This document shows, piece after piece, positions 32,591-43,135 of a stretch of DNA of 60,130 nucleotides. Every line of letters starts with the position of its first letter. The first letter of the stretch is position 1. The position numbers and the translations under genes are program-made. This stretch comes from a virus: the IMG/VR virus record IMGVR_UViG_3300006854_000005. The stretch is one strand, 5' to 3'. The notes below the pieces were generated by a model, which worked only from the letters and a program-made list of their open reading frames with translations, was not told the DNA's origin and searched no databases.

Positions 32591-33880
32591 GTGACCAACT
32601 TCGTCGACGACAACACCGCCCTGGACGCCGCGCTATACGCGGCGAAGACCGACATCAAGCCGGTCACGAACGCGACGAGGCAGATCACCGCGGCCGATCT
32701 CAATGCGATCAGGACCGCGCTCGACGACATCCGGACCGTGCTCCAGCGCGCTCCGGTGACCATCAAGGCGTTCGGTGCTGTCGGCGACGGAGTGACTGAC
32801 GATACGGCGGCGATTCAGGAGGCGCTTGACTACGCGGCGTCGCTGGGGTCGATCTCGAACGGCACGTTTCGCGGGTCCGAAGTGCTCATTCCGCGATCGA
32901 CGCGGCCGTACATGTTCAGCAACCTGCAACTCCCCGGCTACGTGTCGCTGGCCGGAGAGCAGATGGGGCACTGCGTTCTGCGGCGCATCACCGGCTCGAC
33001 GGGCAGCGCGATCCGCGAGCAGAACAGCACCGAGGACCCGAGTGGTGCCGGCGGCTCCGGGTCCTGGATTCGAAATCTCAGCCTCGATGGCAACGGCACC
33101 GCGGGCGATGGGATCAACCTCGGTGCGATCACGCAGCTCAACTTCCTGGCCGGCATCGAGAACGTGTTCGTATCCGGCTTCCCGTCGGGCTCCGGGTTCA
33201 AGCTCAACGCGAACGCGATCTCGTGCCGCTACCTGTGGGCCAACGGCAACCAGATCGGCGTCAACATCACCGGCGGTGGCGGCAATGGATGGTTCGGTAT
33301 CTGGGCCGAGAACAACACGCAGAACGACGTGGTGATCGGCAGCTCGGGGGACAACTTCTACCACATCCAGACCGAGCCTGGACCCGATGTCGAGACCACG
33401 CCGAGTATCCTCATCACCGGCGCAGACAATCACTTGTTCGGCGTGTACGTCGGGCTGCTCGCTAACCGGAACGAGATCATCCGGATCTCGACCGGCGCGA
33501 ACAGATGCGGAGTTCGCGGCGTCAGGATGGCAGCCAACGGCCACACCTTCACTCACCTCATCCTCAATGAAGCATATGCGCTCGGCACCGGGAACACCGT
33601 CACGGACGTCGACGAGTACGTGATGGGCGAGGCCACCGGCGCCGCATCCTTCTACATCAACCAGAGCACCGGGCAGGTCAACTCGACCATCGCGGATCTG
33701 GTGACGCTCGGTGGGGCGCTCAAGGGCGCGGGTACGCGCGCGGCAGCGCCGAGTACCGGGACCCATGTTGCCGGCGAAGTCGTGTTCAATGCTGACCCTA
33801 TCTCCGGTGGCTTCGCCGGATGGATCTGCGTTACCGGAGGAACCCCGGGGACATGGAAGTCGTTCGGGGCGATCTCATGA
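32591..33880 (+). CDS. tailspike / polysaccharide depolymerase with pectate-lyase-type beta-helix
   Basis: 429 aa. Hallmark IKAFGAVGDGVTDDTAAIQEALDYA followed by repetitive beta-helix-like segments. Confidence 0.65.
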   Translation: MTNFVDDNTALDAALYAAKTDIKPVTNATRQITAADLNAIRTALDDIRTVLQRAPVTIKAFGAVGDGVTDDTAAIQEALDYAASLGSISNGTFRGSEVLIPRSTRPYMFSNLQLPGYVSLAGEQMGHCVLRRITGSTGSAIREQNSTEDPSGAGGSGSWIRNLSLDGNGTAGDGINLGAITQLNFLAGIENVFVSGFPSGSGFKLNANAISCRYLWANGNQIGVNITGGGGNGWFGIWAENNTQNDVVIGSSGDNFYHIQTEPGPDVETTPSILITGADNHLFGVYVGLLANRNEIIRISTGANRCGVRGVRMAANGHTFTHLILNEAYALGTGNTVTDVDEYVMGEATGAASFYINQSTGQVNSTIADLVTLGGALKGAGTRAAAPSTGTHVAGEVVFNADPISGGFAGWICVTGGTPGTWKSFGAIS

Positions 33881-34575
33881 GCAGCCTTCCCGCATTCCTG
33901 CCTGCTCCTCTCGGAGGCGACACCATGAAGTCTCTCGCCGACATCATCTCGATCGTTCGCTTCCGGGGCGACATGCGGAGTTCCATCCGCTTCCCTGACG
34001 CGAACCTGACGACCGAGATCCAGGCGTCTTGGGCCGAGCTCTACCAGCTGATCGCGCAGACGAACCAGGGCTACTGGGACATCGTGAGCACGGTGTTCAC
34101 GATCGCCGGCGTGGACTATTCGCCGCTGCCCGACAGCACGTGGGTCGTCCGCAAGATCAGCCGGCTCGAGGGCACGTCGTACGTTCCGATGGACCAGATC
34201 GGCATCGACGAGATCGACAACTTCGCCCCGACCGGTCGACCCTACTGCTTCCGGCCCACCGAGCGCGGGGTCGACCTGTACCCGACACCGGACGCGGTCT
34301 ACACGCTGCGCTTTGTCACCACGCCGCTGGCGCCGCAGCTGAACGAGGCGCGCGAGTTCTTCAACGGATGGGAGGAGTTCGTCATCTACGGCGCGCTCAT
34401 CCGGCTCGCGGCGAACAGCGAGCGCGACATCACCGCGTGGGAGCGCCAGCTCGAGAAGGCGCGCGTCGTCATCACCGGTGGAGCGTCACAACGCAAGGCG
34501 CAGGAGCCCGACTACATCCCGATCCGCGAGACGTTCTACGACGCCCAGATCGGGCGCGACGAGAGGTGGCGCTGA
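33877..34575 (+). CDS. virion protein, 232 aa (adaptor / tail tubular A position)
   Basis: ATGA-coupled start. Function assigned by gene order only. Confidence 0.35.
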   Translation: MSSLPAFLPAPLGGDTMKSLADIISIVRFRGDMRSSIRFPDANLTTEIQASWAELYQLIAQTNQGYWDIVSTVFTIAGVDYSPLPDSTWVVRKISRLEGTSYVPMDQIGIDEIDNFAPTGRPYCFRPTERGVDLYPTPDAVYTLRFVTTPLAPQLNEAREFFNGWEEFVIYGALIRLAANSERDITAWERQLEKARVVITGGASQRKAQEPDYIPIRETFYDAQIGRDERWR

Positions 34576-34916
34576 TGGCGGGGCGTAGACCACAGCGCAT
34601 TCCGCCGGCGGCGACGCTCGGCCTGACGCAGGTCGACGATCCGCAGGTCGCGCGTGCGTTCGAGGAGACCGGCGCGGCGATCGAGAGGCTGCAGCGCGCA
34701 CGGAACCGCGAGGCCAAGGTCGTGGACCTGGTCGTCGGAACGAACAAGGTGCAGCACGGCCTGGGTCGCGACGCGCTCGGGTACACGCTGGTCGCCACGG
34801 TCGCCGACGCGACGTTCGCGCACGCGATGGACATCGCGAACCCCCGTCCGGATCTCGAGATCTGGATCACTGTCGTCGGCGTCGCGCAGCCCGATGCGCG
34901 CGTGGAGGTCTGGTAG
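34575..34916 (+). CDS. hypothetical virion protein, 113 aa
   Basis: Its ATG shares one base with the upstream TGA. Confidence 0.45.
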   Translation: MAGRRPQRIPPAATLGLTQVDDPQVARAFEETGAAIERLQRARNREAKVVDLVVGTNKVQHGLGRDALGYTLVATVADATFAHAMDIANPRPDLEIWITVVGVAQPDARVEVW

Positions 34917-35963
34917 ATGACCGTGCTGCCGAACATGGGGCTGACGCTTCCGACGCAAGGATCGTCGGGCGCAGGGACGTGGGACGACGTGCTCGACGCC
35001 AACTCGGCGCTGATCGACGCGCACGATCATTCGTCAGGCAAGGGCACGACCGTCAAGACGAACGGGATCGAGATCAACGCCGATCTGACGTTCGCGTCGC
35101 TGTACGCGCCCATCAACCTGCACCGCCTGACCTTCGCGTCGATCGTCGCGCTGACCTCGAACAATAAGAGCCTCTTTGTCAACGCCCTCAACAATGAGCT
35201 GACGTGGCGATCGAGCGCCGGCACCAACGTGCAGATAACCAACGGGGCCGCGTTGAACGTTGGTGCCTTCGCGGGCGCAATCGGCGGCGACTACGTCTCG
35301 GTCGCGGCGGCGCTGAACTTCGACGACTCAGGCGATCGCTACACGTTCAAGCAGAACAGCGGGACCGGTTGGGCACGACTCGCGAGCGGCGATGTTCGCC
35401 TGTTCGAGACCGGGACGAGTGACGCGGTGTTCGTTGGGCTCGCGGCACCCGCGGCACTCGCGGTGTCGTACACGATGACGTTCCCGACGAGCCCAGATCC
35501 GGGGAGCACTGGGGTCACCCGAGTTCTCACGGTCAGCCCCACCGGTACGATCTCGACCACACCATTCGCGGCGGCCGGGCAGGTATTCCCGATCCAGCTT
35601 GCCGCCCCGGCTTCGGGCGCGACGCTGGGCAGCACGCTCGCGCTACTGACGACCACCGGATCGAATTACCTGCCGGTAATCATGCCGACGGGCGGAGTAA
35701 TCACAGCCTGGAAGGTCTGGATCCAGAAGACCAGCGCGGCGGGGACGATCAGCGCGCAGCTGGAACTCATCAACGGTGCCAACGGCTCGGTCAGCAACAT
35801 CGGCGCGGCGGCGACGAACAGCGCGAACAACCCAGGCTACGTGCAGCTCGAGATCACCGGGCTGAGCAACGCCAACGGCGACGGCTTCTTCTTCCGCATC
35901 AACCTGACCGGCGGCGGAACCACCGGAGATGTCGTTCTCGGCTACCGGGTGGTGTGGTCGTGA
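34917..35963 (+). CDS. tail fiber-like protein
   Basis: 348 aa. N-terminus LPNMGLTLPTQGSSGAGTWDDVLDANSALIDAHDH resembles conserved tail-fiber N-termini. The rest is Gly/Ala/Thr-rich. Confidence 0.5.
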   Translation: MTVLPNMGLTLPTQGSSGAGTWDDVLDANSALIDAHDHSSGKGTTVKTNGIEINADLTFASLYAPINLHRLTFASIVALTSNNKSLFVNALNNELTWRSSAGTNVQITNGAALNVGAFAGAIGGDYVSVAAALNFDDSGDRYTFKQNSGTGWARLASGDVRLFETGTSDAVFVGLAAPAALAVSYTMTFPTSPDPGSTGVTRVLTVSPTGTISTTPFAAAGQVFPIQLAAPASGATLGSTLALLTTTGSNYLPVIMPTGGVITAWKVWIQKTSAAGTISAQLELINGANGSVSNIGAAATNSANNPGYVQLEITGLSNANGDGFFFRINLTGGGTTGDVVLGYRVVWS

Positions 35964-35973
35964 TGGCCGGGCG

Positions 35974-36318
35974 TCATGGGGCTGCGTCGCAAGCCACTCG
36001 CGCGCCGTCGTCGCGGAGCACCGCAGCGCCGACCTGCAGGTCCGGCTCGAGAGCGTTGACCAGGTTCACCAGGATGATCTCCGGGCACGCGAACCTGGCC
36101 ACGGCAACGCTCAATTCCGTTCCGCCGTCAGCGACGTGCAAGGAGAGCGTCCTGGTCTCGCCGGCGGGACAAGAACCGGTGACGCGGATCTCCGACGCGT
36201 ACTTGTACCGCCAGATGGCCACGGCACACTGGTCCGCCTCGCTCGGGACCGGCGTGGCAGCCGAACCCTCCACGCATGAGAACAGAAGGACGCTCGACAG
36301 CAGCAGGATGGTCTTCAT
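35974..36318 (-). CDS. reverse-strand lipoprotein moron, 114 aa
   Basis: Track ORF 35974..36360 trimmed to MKTILLLSSVLLFSC (signal peptide plus lipobox-like LFSC). It is the only minus-strand gene inside the 42-kb rightward arm. The mature part has four more Cys. Confidence 0.5.
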   Translation of the reverse strand: MKTILLLSSVLLFSCVEGSAATPVPSEADQCAVAIWRYKYASEIRVTGSCPAGETRTLSLHVADGGTELSVAVARFACPEIILVNLVNALEPDLQVGAAVLRDDGARVACDAAP

Positions 36319-36386
36319 TTGCTCTCGCACCATCCTGAGTCGTGCTCGTCCAGCGCGCAACCTGAACCCCCGCGCAGAGGTGCCTC

Positions 36387-39300
36387 ATGGCGCTACGCCC
36401 TGCTGAGGTTCACGTCGGGTTCCGCGGCGGCGTATCTACGCGCGCCGACAGCAAAACCGTGCCACCGACGCAGCTGCTCGTGCTTGAGAACGGCGTTTTC
36501 TCCCGTGAGACGTCCATCCGCAAGCGCAACGGCTACGAGTCGCTCGCATCGGTGATCGACGGCTCGGCGTCCGTCCTGACCGGCGCGATTCGTACAGCCA
36601 CACGCGACAACGAGCTGATCGCGTTTACGTCGAACCGCGCCTACTCGCGCCAGACCGGAGCGGACCAGTGGAGCGACACCGGAGCGGTCTACAGCGTCGT
36701 CGGCAACGATCGGCCGCTCGTCAAGACCGGGACGCAGCAGCTGCAGCCAGACCATGCCACGCTCGGCTCCGTCACCGTCGCGGCATGGGAGGACTCCGCC
36801 GGCGGCGTGTGGTGGAACGTCGTCGATGCGGTGAGCGGGCGCATCTACCGCGCGGCAACGCAGGCCGATGCGCTCGGGCGGTCTCCTCGGTGCGTCACGT
36901 GTGGCCCCAACCTGCACATCTACTACGCCGTCCCGACGACGAACAGCGTGATGGCGATCGTCGTCAACCCGGCGGCCCCGGGCGCGGCGATAACGCCCGT
37001 CGTCCTCGTCTCTGACATGGACTTCACCCAGCCGATCTACGACGCGTGCGCGACTGCGCGATCCGGGACGCCGGCGGCGATCGCATGGTTCGAGGCCGGA
37101 ACGACCGCGGTTCGAATCGGCTACGTCGATGCGTCGGGCACGCTCGGGTCGCCAATCCTCGGGCACCCATCCGTGTTCACGTTCGCCGCGGCGCGTGACG
37201 CGACCTCCCCGCTGGGTCTCGCCTTCGAGGACAATGATGACCCAGGCTCCGGTCTCTTCGGGATCGCCTACATCTCAGGCGGCGCGTCCAAAGTGGCGAT
37301 GTTCGGCGCAGGGACCGTCTCACCGGCGGACCCGATTGCGCAAGTCGGCTCAACGAAAACCGGGCCGGCGGTGGTCAGCATCGTACGAGTCACCTTGGCT
37401 CTGACCAACGTCGTCGCGATCACGGCATGGGAGGAGGACGCAGCCGACCCGTCGAACGCGTCGGTGATCATCGCCCGGGTCAGCTTGAACTCCGGTCTGG
37501 TCTCGAGCTTCACGGTCCGCTCGGTCGGGATCGTCGCCCGCGCCTTCCTGATCGGCGGCTCCTCGCTGACCAGCAGCGCCTTTGTCACGCTCGTCCACGA
37601 CACGACGTTCTTCAACGTCTACGTGACGCTCCGAATGAGCGACGGGGTCTGCGTTGCGCGACTGGCCCCGGGCGCCGCGGCTGGGCTCCCCGGACGCCAG
37701 CACCTCGCGTCGGCGCCGCTCGACGGTGACTCCGTGTCCATCTCCCTCCCTTTCCGCGAGCGCCTCGTCTCCGAAAACAACGATAAGTTCCGCGAGACCG
37801 GGATCCGGCTGTTCACGCTCGACTTCGACAGCGAGGACTCGCACCAGTACGCGCAACTCGGCCGCGGGCTCTACCTCGCCGGTGCGTGTCCGCAGCACTA
37901 CGACGGGCGCCAGTGGACCGAACAAGGCTTCCACGTCGGGCCCGAGCTGATCGCGACGGTCTCCGCCGGCGGCGGGTCGATGACGTCGGCCGTGACGTAC
38001 CTCTACCGCGCCTGGTACGAGCGAACCGACTTCCAGGGCGAGGTGCATCGCGGCCCCGTCAGCATCGGCACGCTCGTCACGATGGGCGGCGCCGACACGC
38101 AGGTCACGCTGACGCTGCCGACGCTGCGCATCACCCAGGGCACGAACACGCGGGTCTGCGTGGCCCGCTCGCTCGCGTCAGACACCGGTGACACCGCCGA
38201 ACTGTTCCGCGTTACCTCGCTCGACCCGACCACCGCGGGCACGGCGAACGGCTACGTCGCGAACGATGCGACCGTCGACACCGTGTCGTTCATCGACCGG
38301 ATGAGCGACGCCGCTCTCCGTACCCAGGAGCCGCTCTACACCAACGGCGGCCTGCTCAGCAACGACCCGTCGGCGCTCGGCGCAGTCGTGTTTCGCGGGC
38401 AGTCGCGGCTGTTCTTTACCGACCCGTCGAACGGGCTGAACCTGCGCTACTCGCAGCCGCTCGACGATGGCTACGGCGTCGAGATCCCGCCGGACCTCGT
38501 GCTCTCGGTCGACCCGTTCGGCGGCGACATCACGGCCGGCGCGTTCCAGGACGGACGCGGCGTGATCTGGAAGGCGGGTTCCATCTTCCTGTTCCAGGGC
38601 GACGGGCCCGCGCCGAACGGCGACACCTCGACGGGTGGCTTCTCGACGCCGCAGCTCATCACGTCGGACGTCGGTTGCACCGACCCATCGTCGATCGTCC
38701 TGACGCCGAACGGCCACATGTTCAAGTCGGCGAAGGGCATCTACCTGTTAGCCCGCGACGGCTCGGTTTCGTACGTGGGCGCCCCGGTCGAGGCGTACAA
38801 CGCCCAGACGGTGCGGCGCGCGACGGTGATGCCGGACCGCACGCAGATCGTGTTCCTGACCGACAGCGGCCTCTCGCTGCTGTTCGACCACTACCACACG
38901 CAGTGGTCGACTTTCACGAACCACGAGGGGCTCGACGCCGCGGTGGTCAACGGCCGGTACCACTACCTGCGCACCGACGGTCGCGTGTTCCGCGAGACGC
39001 CGGGGGTGTACCTCGACGACAACGCGCGGATTCGACTGCGGCTCGAGACGGCATGGATCCACATGCTGCCGCAGCTGCAGGGCTTCCAACGCTTCTGGCA
39101 CTTGCACCTCCTCGGCACGTGGGTCTCGCCGCACCAGCTGGGTATCCAGTACCAGACCGACTACACGCCGGGCTGGACGGACAGCTACTGGTACGACGCG
39201 ACGGGCCTCACCGACGACACCGGCTGGATCACCGGCGGCAACGCGGCGCCCATCGGCGTCGAGTCGATCGTCGGGTCGCCCTACGGTGATGGGAACTACG

Positions 39301-39506
39301 GCGACGGTCAGTACGGCGGCTCGGCGTCGGGCCCCTACCAGTGGCGGCTCCACCTCGACGAGGCGGGCCAGTCGATTCAGTTCCGCTTCGAGGACTTCGA
39401 GGCGGAGGGCCACGCGGGTGCGTCGTTCGAGCTGACTGAGATGTTGCTCACCGGCGGAGTCAAGGCGCACGCCATCAAACCATTCACCTCGTCGAGGAGC
39501 CTGTAA
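36387..39506 (+). CDS. large tail protein, 1039 aa (tail tubular B / nozzle position)
   Basis: Track ORF with GAGGTG upstream. Assigned by size and by its position before three internal-virion-protein-like genes. Confidence 0.4.
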   Translation: MALRPAEVHVGFRGGVSTRADSKTVPPTQLLVLENGVFSRETSIRKRNGYESLASVIDGSASVLTGAIRTATRDNELIAFTSNRAYSRQTGADQWSDTGAVYSVVGNDRPLVKTGTQQLQPDHATLGSVTVAAWEDSAGGVWWNVVDAVSGRIYRAATQADALGRSPRCVTCGPNLHIYYAVPTTNSVMAIVVNPAAPGAAITPVVLVSDMDFTQPIYDACATARSGTPAAIAWFEAGTTAVRIGYVDASGTLGSPILGHPSVFTFAAARDATSPLGLAFEDNDDPGSGLFGIAYISGGASKVAMFGAGTVSPADPIAQVGSTKTGPAVVSIVRVTLALTNVVAITAWEEDAADPSNASVIIARVSLNSGLVSSFTVRSVGIVARAFLIGGSSLTSSAFVTLVHDTTFFNVYVTLRMSDGVCVARLAPGAAAGLPGRQHLASAPLDGDSVSISLPFRERLVSENNDKFRETGIRLFTLDFDSEDSHQYAQLGRGLYLAGACPQHYDGRQWTEQGFHVGPELIATVSAGGGSMTSAVTYLYRAWYERTDFQGEVHRGPVSIGTLVTMGGADTQVTLTLPTLRITQGTNTRVCVARSLASDTGDTAELFRVTSLDPTTAGTANGYVANDATVDTVSFIDRMSDAALRTQEPLYTNGGLLSNDPSALGAVVFRGQSRLFFTDPSNGLNLRYSQPLDDGYGVEIPPDLVLSVDPFGGDITAGAFQDGRGVIWKAGSIFLFQGDGPAPNGDTSTGGFSTPQLITSDVGCTDPSSIVLTPNGHMFKSAKGIYLLARDGSVSYVGAPVEAYNAQTVRRATVMPDRTQIVFLTDSGLSLLFDHYHTQWSTFTNHEGLDAAVVNGRYHYLRTDGRVFRETPGVYLDDNARIRLRLETAWIHMLPQLQGFQRFWHLHLLGTWVSPHQLGIQYQTDYTPGWTDSYWYDATGLTDDTGWITGGNAAPIGVESIVGSPYGDGNYGDGQYGGSASGPYQWRLHLDEAGQSIQFRFEDFEAEGHAGASFELTEMLLTGGVKAHAIKPFTSSRSL

Positions 39507-40498
39507 TGGGATTCTGGGACATTGCAAAGCGAGTCGGTCTGGGCGTCGCGACGGGCGGCATCTCCGAGGCTGGGGGCGCACGTCCGATCATCGACGCTGC
39601 AGCAGGGTCGGACTACACGAAGAACCTCCTGTTCGGCGGCAAGGCGACCGCGGGCGTCGACGCGAAGCTCGGGCACTACGATCAGGCCACGAATCAGCTG
39701 GGCCAGATCGCCCAGAACGCCCAGGGGCGCGCGGCACCGACGGCGGCCGCGACGATGGCAGGGCGCACCCAACTCGGCGCCCCTGCACAGCTCGCGACCG
39801 GCCAGATGGACCAGTCGCGAGGCGGGATGCTCGGCGTTGCGAACAGGCTCGGTGGCATCGCGAGCGGGCAGCAGGCAGGCGCCGGCGAGCTCGCGGTGAA
39901 CCGCCAACTCGGGCAGGCGAACGCCGCGCAGCAGGCCGCCGCAAGGATGGCGCGGGGCGCAAACGCGGCGCTCGCGTACCGCAACGCTGCGCGCAACAGC
40001 GCAGACCTCGGGCTCCAGGGCGCAGGGCTTGCGGCGGGCGCGCAGATGCAGGACCAGCAGGCCGCAAACGCCCAGCTCGGCCAGCTCTACGGCGGCATGT
40101 ATGGCCAGGACGCGAACGTCGCTGCGCAAAATGCGCAGCTCGGCCAGCAGGCAATTCTCCAGCAAGGCGCAATGGACCAGCAGACGACGCTGGCCAACGC
40201 GCAGGCCGGAAACACGGTCGCGCTCGCGAACCTGCAGGCCCAGCTCGCGCAGAGCGGGATGAACGACCAGCAGCAGCTGGCGGCGCTCGGGCAGATGCTC
40301 GGCTGGGATCAGGCGACGCTTCAGGCCCAGCTGGCGAAGGCCCAGATCGCCGCGAACGACAAGGGCATCCTCCCCGGGCTGCTCCAGATGGGCGGTCAGA
40401 TTGGCGCGGCGTACGCGACCGGTGGGATGTCCGCAGCGGCGCCGCGCGCAGCAGCCCCACCGGGCGGCGCGCTCGGTGGAAGCAACTGGGGGCCGTAG
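39506..40498 (+). CDS. internal virion / ejection protein-like, Gln/Ala/Gly-rich, 330 aa
   Basis: Low-complexity QAGNA repeats. TAATG-coupled start. T7 gp14-like position. Confidence 0.4.
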   Translation: MGFWDIAKRVGLGVATGGISEAGGARPIIDAAAGSDYTKNLLFGGKATAGVDAKLGHYDQATNQLGQIAQNAQGRAAPTAAATMAGRTQLGAPAQLATGQMDQSRGGMLGVANRLGGIASGQQAGAGELAVNRQLGQANAAQQAAARMARGANAALAYRNAARNSADLGLQGAGLAAGAQMQDQQAANAQLGQLYGGMYGQDANVAAQNAQLGQQAILQQGAMDQQTTLANAQAGNTVALANLQAQLAQSGMNDQQQLAALGQMLGWDQATLQAQLAKAQIAANDKGILPGLLQMGGQIGAAYATGGMSAAAPRAAAPPGGALGGSNWGP

Positions 40499-40504
40499 CG
40501 AGCC

Positions 40505-43135
40505 ATGGCGCTCTTTGGCGACAGCATGGTCGATGTCACCACGCCCGACGGGCGGCGCATCACCGTGCCGCAGCAGCTGGCGCAGGCCTTCCCGGGTCTG
40601 CAGCCGTACGCGCCTCCGCCCGAGGTCGCGCAGCCGCCGGCGCTGCCCGTTGCGCCCCCACCGCCGACGTTCACGCCACAGGACCAGCAGGACCTCGGCA
40701 AGCTGACTGCCGCACCTCCGCCCGACGCATCCGGCGCGCCCGTGACGATGCCGAGCCAGTCGCCACCGCAGGGCCCAGGGGGACCGCGCGGACCGGTCGC
40801 GACCCCCGCGCAGGCGACCGATGCGGGACGGCCGAACACGCCGGGCCCGATGACGAACGACCAGCTGGCGAAGATCGGGACGGCAGGCGCCTACAACGCG
40901 TCGGTCACGGCGCAGCAGGGCGAGCGCGCCGCGGTCCAGCGTCAGGGCGAGGCCCTCGCAAACCAGGCGACGGCGGTCGGCAAGGTCATGGAGGCCGCGG
41001 ATCGGCATGCCGACGAGCTGCTCGCCGAGCGCGCGAGAGTCGCCCAGGAGAACGCCGCGGCGCTGCAGGCCAAGACGGAGGAGTACCAGCGCAACGCCAA
41101 GGCCGTCGCGGACACCAAGATCGATCGCAGCGTCGACCACCCGGTGCTCGCGGCTCTGAGCTCGGCGCTCATCGGCATCGGGCAGGCGATGGCTGGACAG
41201 CCGATCGACGCGATGGGCGCGGTCTACAAGGCCATCGATCGCAAGGTCGCGGCCCAGATGCAGGACCTCGATCAGAAGCGCGCCAACCTCGGACTCCAGC
41301 GGGATGCGCTTGGGATGCAGCGGGAAGCTGGGCGCGACCGACTCGCCGAGATGGATACACTGCGGCTCGGCTACATCGAGCAGGCCAAGCGGCAGGTCGA
41401 GACGATCAAGCAGCAGACCACGAGCGACGTGGTGCGCGCGAATGCGGACGTGGCGCTCGCGAATCTCGACCAGAAGGCAGCCGACACGCTCGGCACTGCG
41501 GTTCATCGCGAGCAGCAGAAGCGCGAGGCCGAGGCGAACCGCAAGCAGCAGCTTCTGATGCATCAGCAGACCGTCGGCGTGCAGATCCGCGGGCAGAACC
41601 TCGAGCAGAAGCGGTTCGAGAGTCAGTTGGAGTTCCAGAAGCAGAAGGAGATCGACGAGGTCGCGACGAAGATCGCCACGGCGAAGGGCCTGCAGAAGAG
41701 TGAGGTCGAGAAGAAGATCGCCGAACAGGGCGTCGTCGACCCTTCGACCGGCAGCCTGATCCTGACGCCCGAGGGCCAGAAGAAGTTCGCCGATGCCGAG
41801 AAGGCCGAGGCCGCGGCGCGCGCCGCGAAGGATCCAGCGCAGGCGCAGAAGCTGAACGAGTACGCCGGTCAGCTGCGGGACAGCGCGCGCATCAATGATG
41901 TCGCGTTCGGCGTCAACAAGGAGAGCGCGCAAGAGGCGATGAAGGTTCTGAAGAACACACAGAACCTTACGAACGACATCGACACCGCGAAGCAGATGCT
42001 CGAGAAGGGGCCCGACGCGTGGAACCGCGAGGAGTGGGCGCAGCTCAAGGTCGGGTTGCAGAACGTCAAGATCAACTACGCCACGACCATCGGCGAACGA
42101 CTCTCGGTGCGCGCGCTCGAGGCACTGGACGACGTGCTCAGCGTGGACACCGACAGCATCTTCTCGCGCTCCGTCGACAAGGGCAAGGCGCTCGCTGCGC
42201 TCAAGACGCTCAACGCCGAGCTGATCCAGAAGGGCAACGTGGCGCTTCGGGGCGCAGGCATCAAGACGACGTGGAGTCCAGCGACGGCCGTCAAGGCAGA
42301 GCAACTCGGCAGCGAGAAGACGGCGCAGGAACTGTCCGAGGACGCGCGTCCCGGGGCACTCACTCGGGCCGCTGAGCACATCCTGCGCCCGTTCGGTAGC
42401 GGCGCCGACGAGCGCATTCAGGCCCCACAGGACGCCGCTCTCGAGGAAGCCAACGCGCGCCGCAGTGCGCCCAGTAAGGCATTCCCGGAGGGGCGGACGT
42501 CCGACTACGGACTCGCTCCGGATACCGACGAGAAGATCCGCGCGCTCGTCTCTCAGTCCGCCAAGGTCGGGCACGAGAAGTACGCCGACATCATCGGCAA
42601 GCTGAGGGCGCCGCTGGAAGGTGACCGTCCATCACTGGCGATCGGCGTCGCCAAGCTGATCCGAGACACGGACCCAAAGCTGTTCGCCGACATCATGTCT
42701 TCGTTGCCCGAGGCGACGCGCAACGAGATTGCGCAGTCGATCGCGCCGCCGCAGCTGAGCGGGCCGTACACGCAGCGCACGACCGATAGCCTGTCGCCCG
42801 AGGAGCGCGCGCAGCTCGAGGAGCAGCGCCGGCAGCGAACGACCGAGGCGGAGCGAGCCAGGTATCGCGCCGCCTACGACGAGCGCGCCGCCAAGGGAGC
42901 GCGCGGAGTTCCAGGGTCTGCCCCAAACCCGAGGGCGGAGGGTGAGCGAAAGCAAGATAGCGATCGTTTCTGGGACTCGCAGATGCGCGCCTCCGATGCC
43001 GAGTGGAGGGCCAAGGTCCAGAACTTGATGTCCACCAAGGGCCTCTCGTTTCAAGAGGCGGTCAACGAAATCGGGAACGTCAGCGACTTCTGGGATCAGA
43101 GAGAGAGAGCCAGGCTCGCTCGGGGTGGACACTAG
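40505..43135 (+). CDS. internal virion / ejection protein-like, coiled-coil, 876 aa
   Basis: Pro-rich N-terminus followed by long coiled-coil stretches. T7 gp15-like position. Confidence 0.4.
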   Translation: MALFGDSMVDVTTPDGRRITVPQQLAQAFPGLQPYAPPPEVAQPPALPVAPPPPTFTPQDQQDLGKLTAAPPPDASGAPVTMPSQSPPQGPGGPRGPVATPAQATDAGRPNTPGPMTNDQLAKIGTAGAYNASVTAQQGERAAVQRQGEALANQATAVGKVMEAADRHADELLAERARVAQENAAALQAKTEEYQRNAKAVADTKIDRSVDHPVLAALSSALIGIGQAMAGQPIDAMGAVYKAIDRKVAAQMQDLDQKRANLGLQRDALGMQREAGRDRLAEMDTLRLGYIEQAKRQVETIKQQTTSDVVRANADVALANLDQKAADTLGTAVHREQQKREAEANRKQQLLMHQQTVGVQIRGQNLEQKRFESQLEFQKQKEIDEVATKIATAKGLQKSEVEKKIAEQGVVDPSTGSLILTPEGQKKFADAEKAEAAARAAKDPAQAQKLNEYAGQLRDSARINDVAFGVNKESAQEAMKVLKNTQNLTNDIDTAKQMLEKGPDAWNREEWAQLKVGLQNVKINYATTIGERLSVRALEALDDVLSVDTDSIFSRSVDKGKALAALKTLNAELIQKGNVALRGAGIKTTWSPATAVKAEQLGSEKTAQELSEDARPGALTRAAEHILRPFGSGADERIQAPQDAALEEANARRSAPSKAFPEGRTSDYGLAPDTDEKIRALVSQSAKVGHEKYADIIGKLRAPLEGDRPSLAIGVAKLIRDTDPKLFADIMSSLPEATRNEIAQSIAPPQLSGPYTQRTTDSLSPEERAQLEEQRRQRTTEAERARYRAAYDERAAKGARGVPGSAPNPRAEGERKQDSDRFWDSQMRASDAEWRAKVQNLMSTKGLSFQEAVNEIGNVSDFWDQRERARLARGGH

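Noticed and set aside
39377-42574. 1065-aa minus-strand ORF antisense to the internal virion protein genes
   Set aside because: Same high-GC antisense artefact. It is a low-complexity Arg/Leu/Gly translation with no start context, and it would break the continuous plus-strand structural operon.
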